IMG/VR virus record: IMGVR_UViG_3300048690_000214
Location: 1 to 25,720 of that record
Strand: one strand, 5' to 3'
DNA: 25,720 nt
Origin: a virus
Lineage: Duplodnaviria; Caudoviricetes
Position numbers and translations under genes: made by a program. The notes beneath the pieces were generated by a model that saw nothing but the letters and a program-made list of their open reading frames with translations, searched no databases and was not told the origin of the DNA. Of this stretch, positions 25,696 through 25,720 are shown in pieces. How positions within the stretch are numbered: position 1 is the stretch's first letter; each line of letters opens with the position of its first letter.

Positions 25696-25720
25696 CAATC
25701 CAAATACAAAAGTAATGATT

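Overview
This 25.7-kb window is part of a tailed dsDNA phage or prophage with siphovirus-like gene content. All credible genes lie on the + strand. A Bacteroidota host is inferred from TAnnTTTG -7 promoter boxes and A/C-rich leaders without Shine-Dalgarno sequences. The order is: (1) the end of a replication and nucleotide module (VapE-type primase-helicase C-terminus, VRR-NUC nuclease, SNF2 helicase, dCMP deaminase, DUF6378-like protein); (2) a ~400-bp two-fold symmetric non-coding element built from TAAACAAT repeats and four dyads of IHF-like sites around an AT-rich core, a candidate origin; (3) five small unknown ORFs organised as cassettes behind a repeated ~95-105-bp promoter/leader; (4) the packaging and structural module (TerS, TerL, putative tail tube, portal, scaffold, major capsid, neck and tail completion proteins, tail chaperone, tape measure, tail tip, two fibre-like proteins, holin-like protein). 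The main signals are an inverted, dnaX-like -1 frameshift site in the chaperone gene, the symmetric origin-like element, the promoter-cassette array, strong GATC avoidance, and a possible DFxxDF-peptide/fibre-anchor docking pair. All product calls come from motif recognition and gene order by eye; no database search was run.
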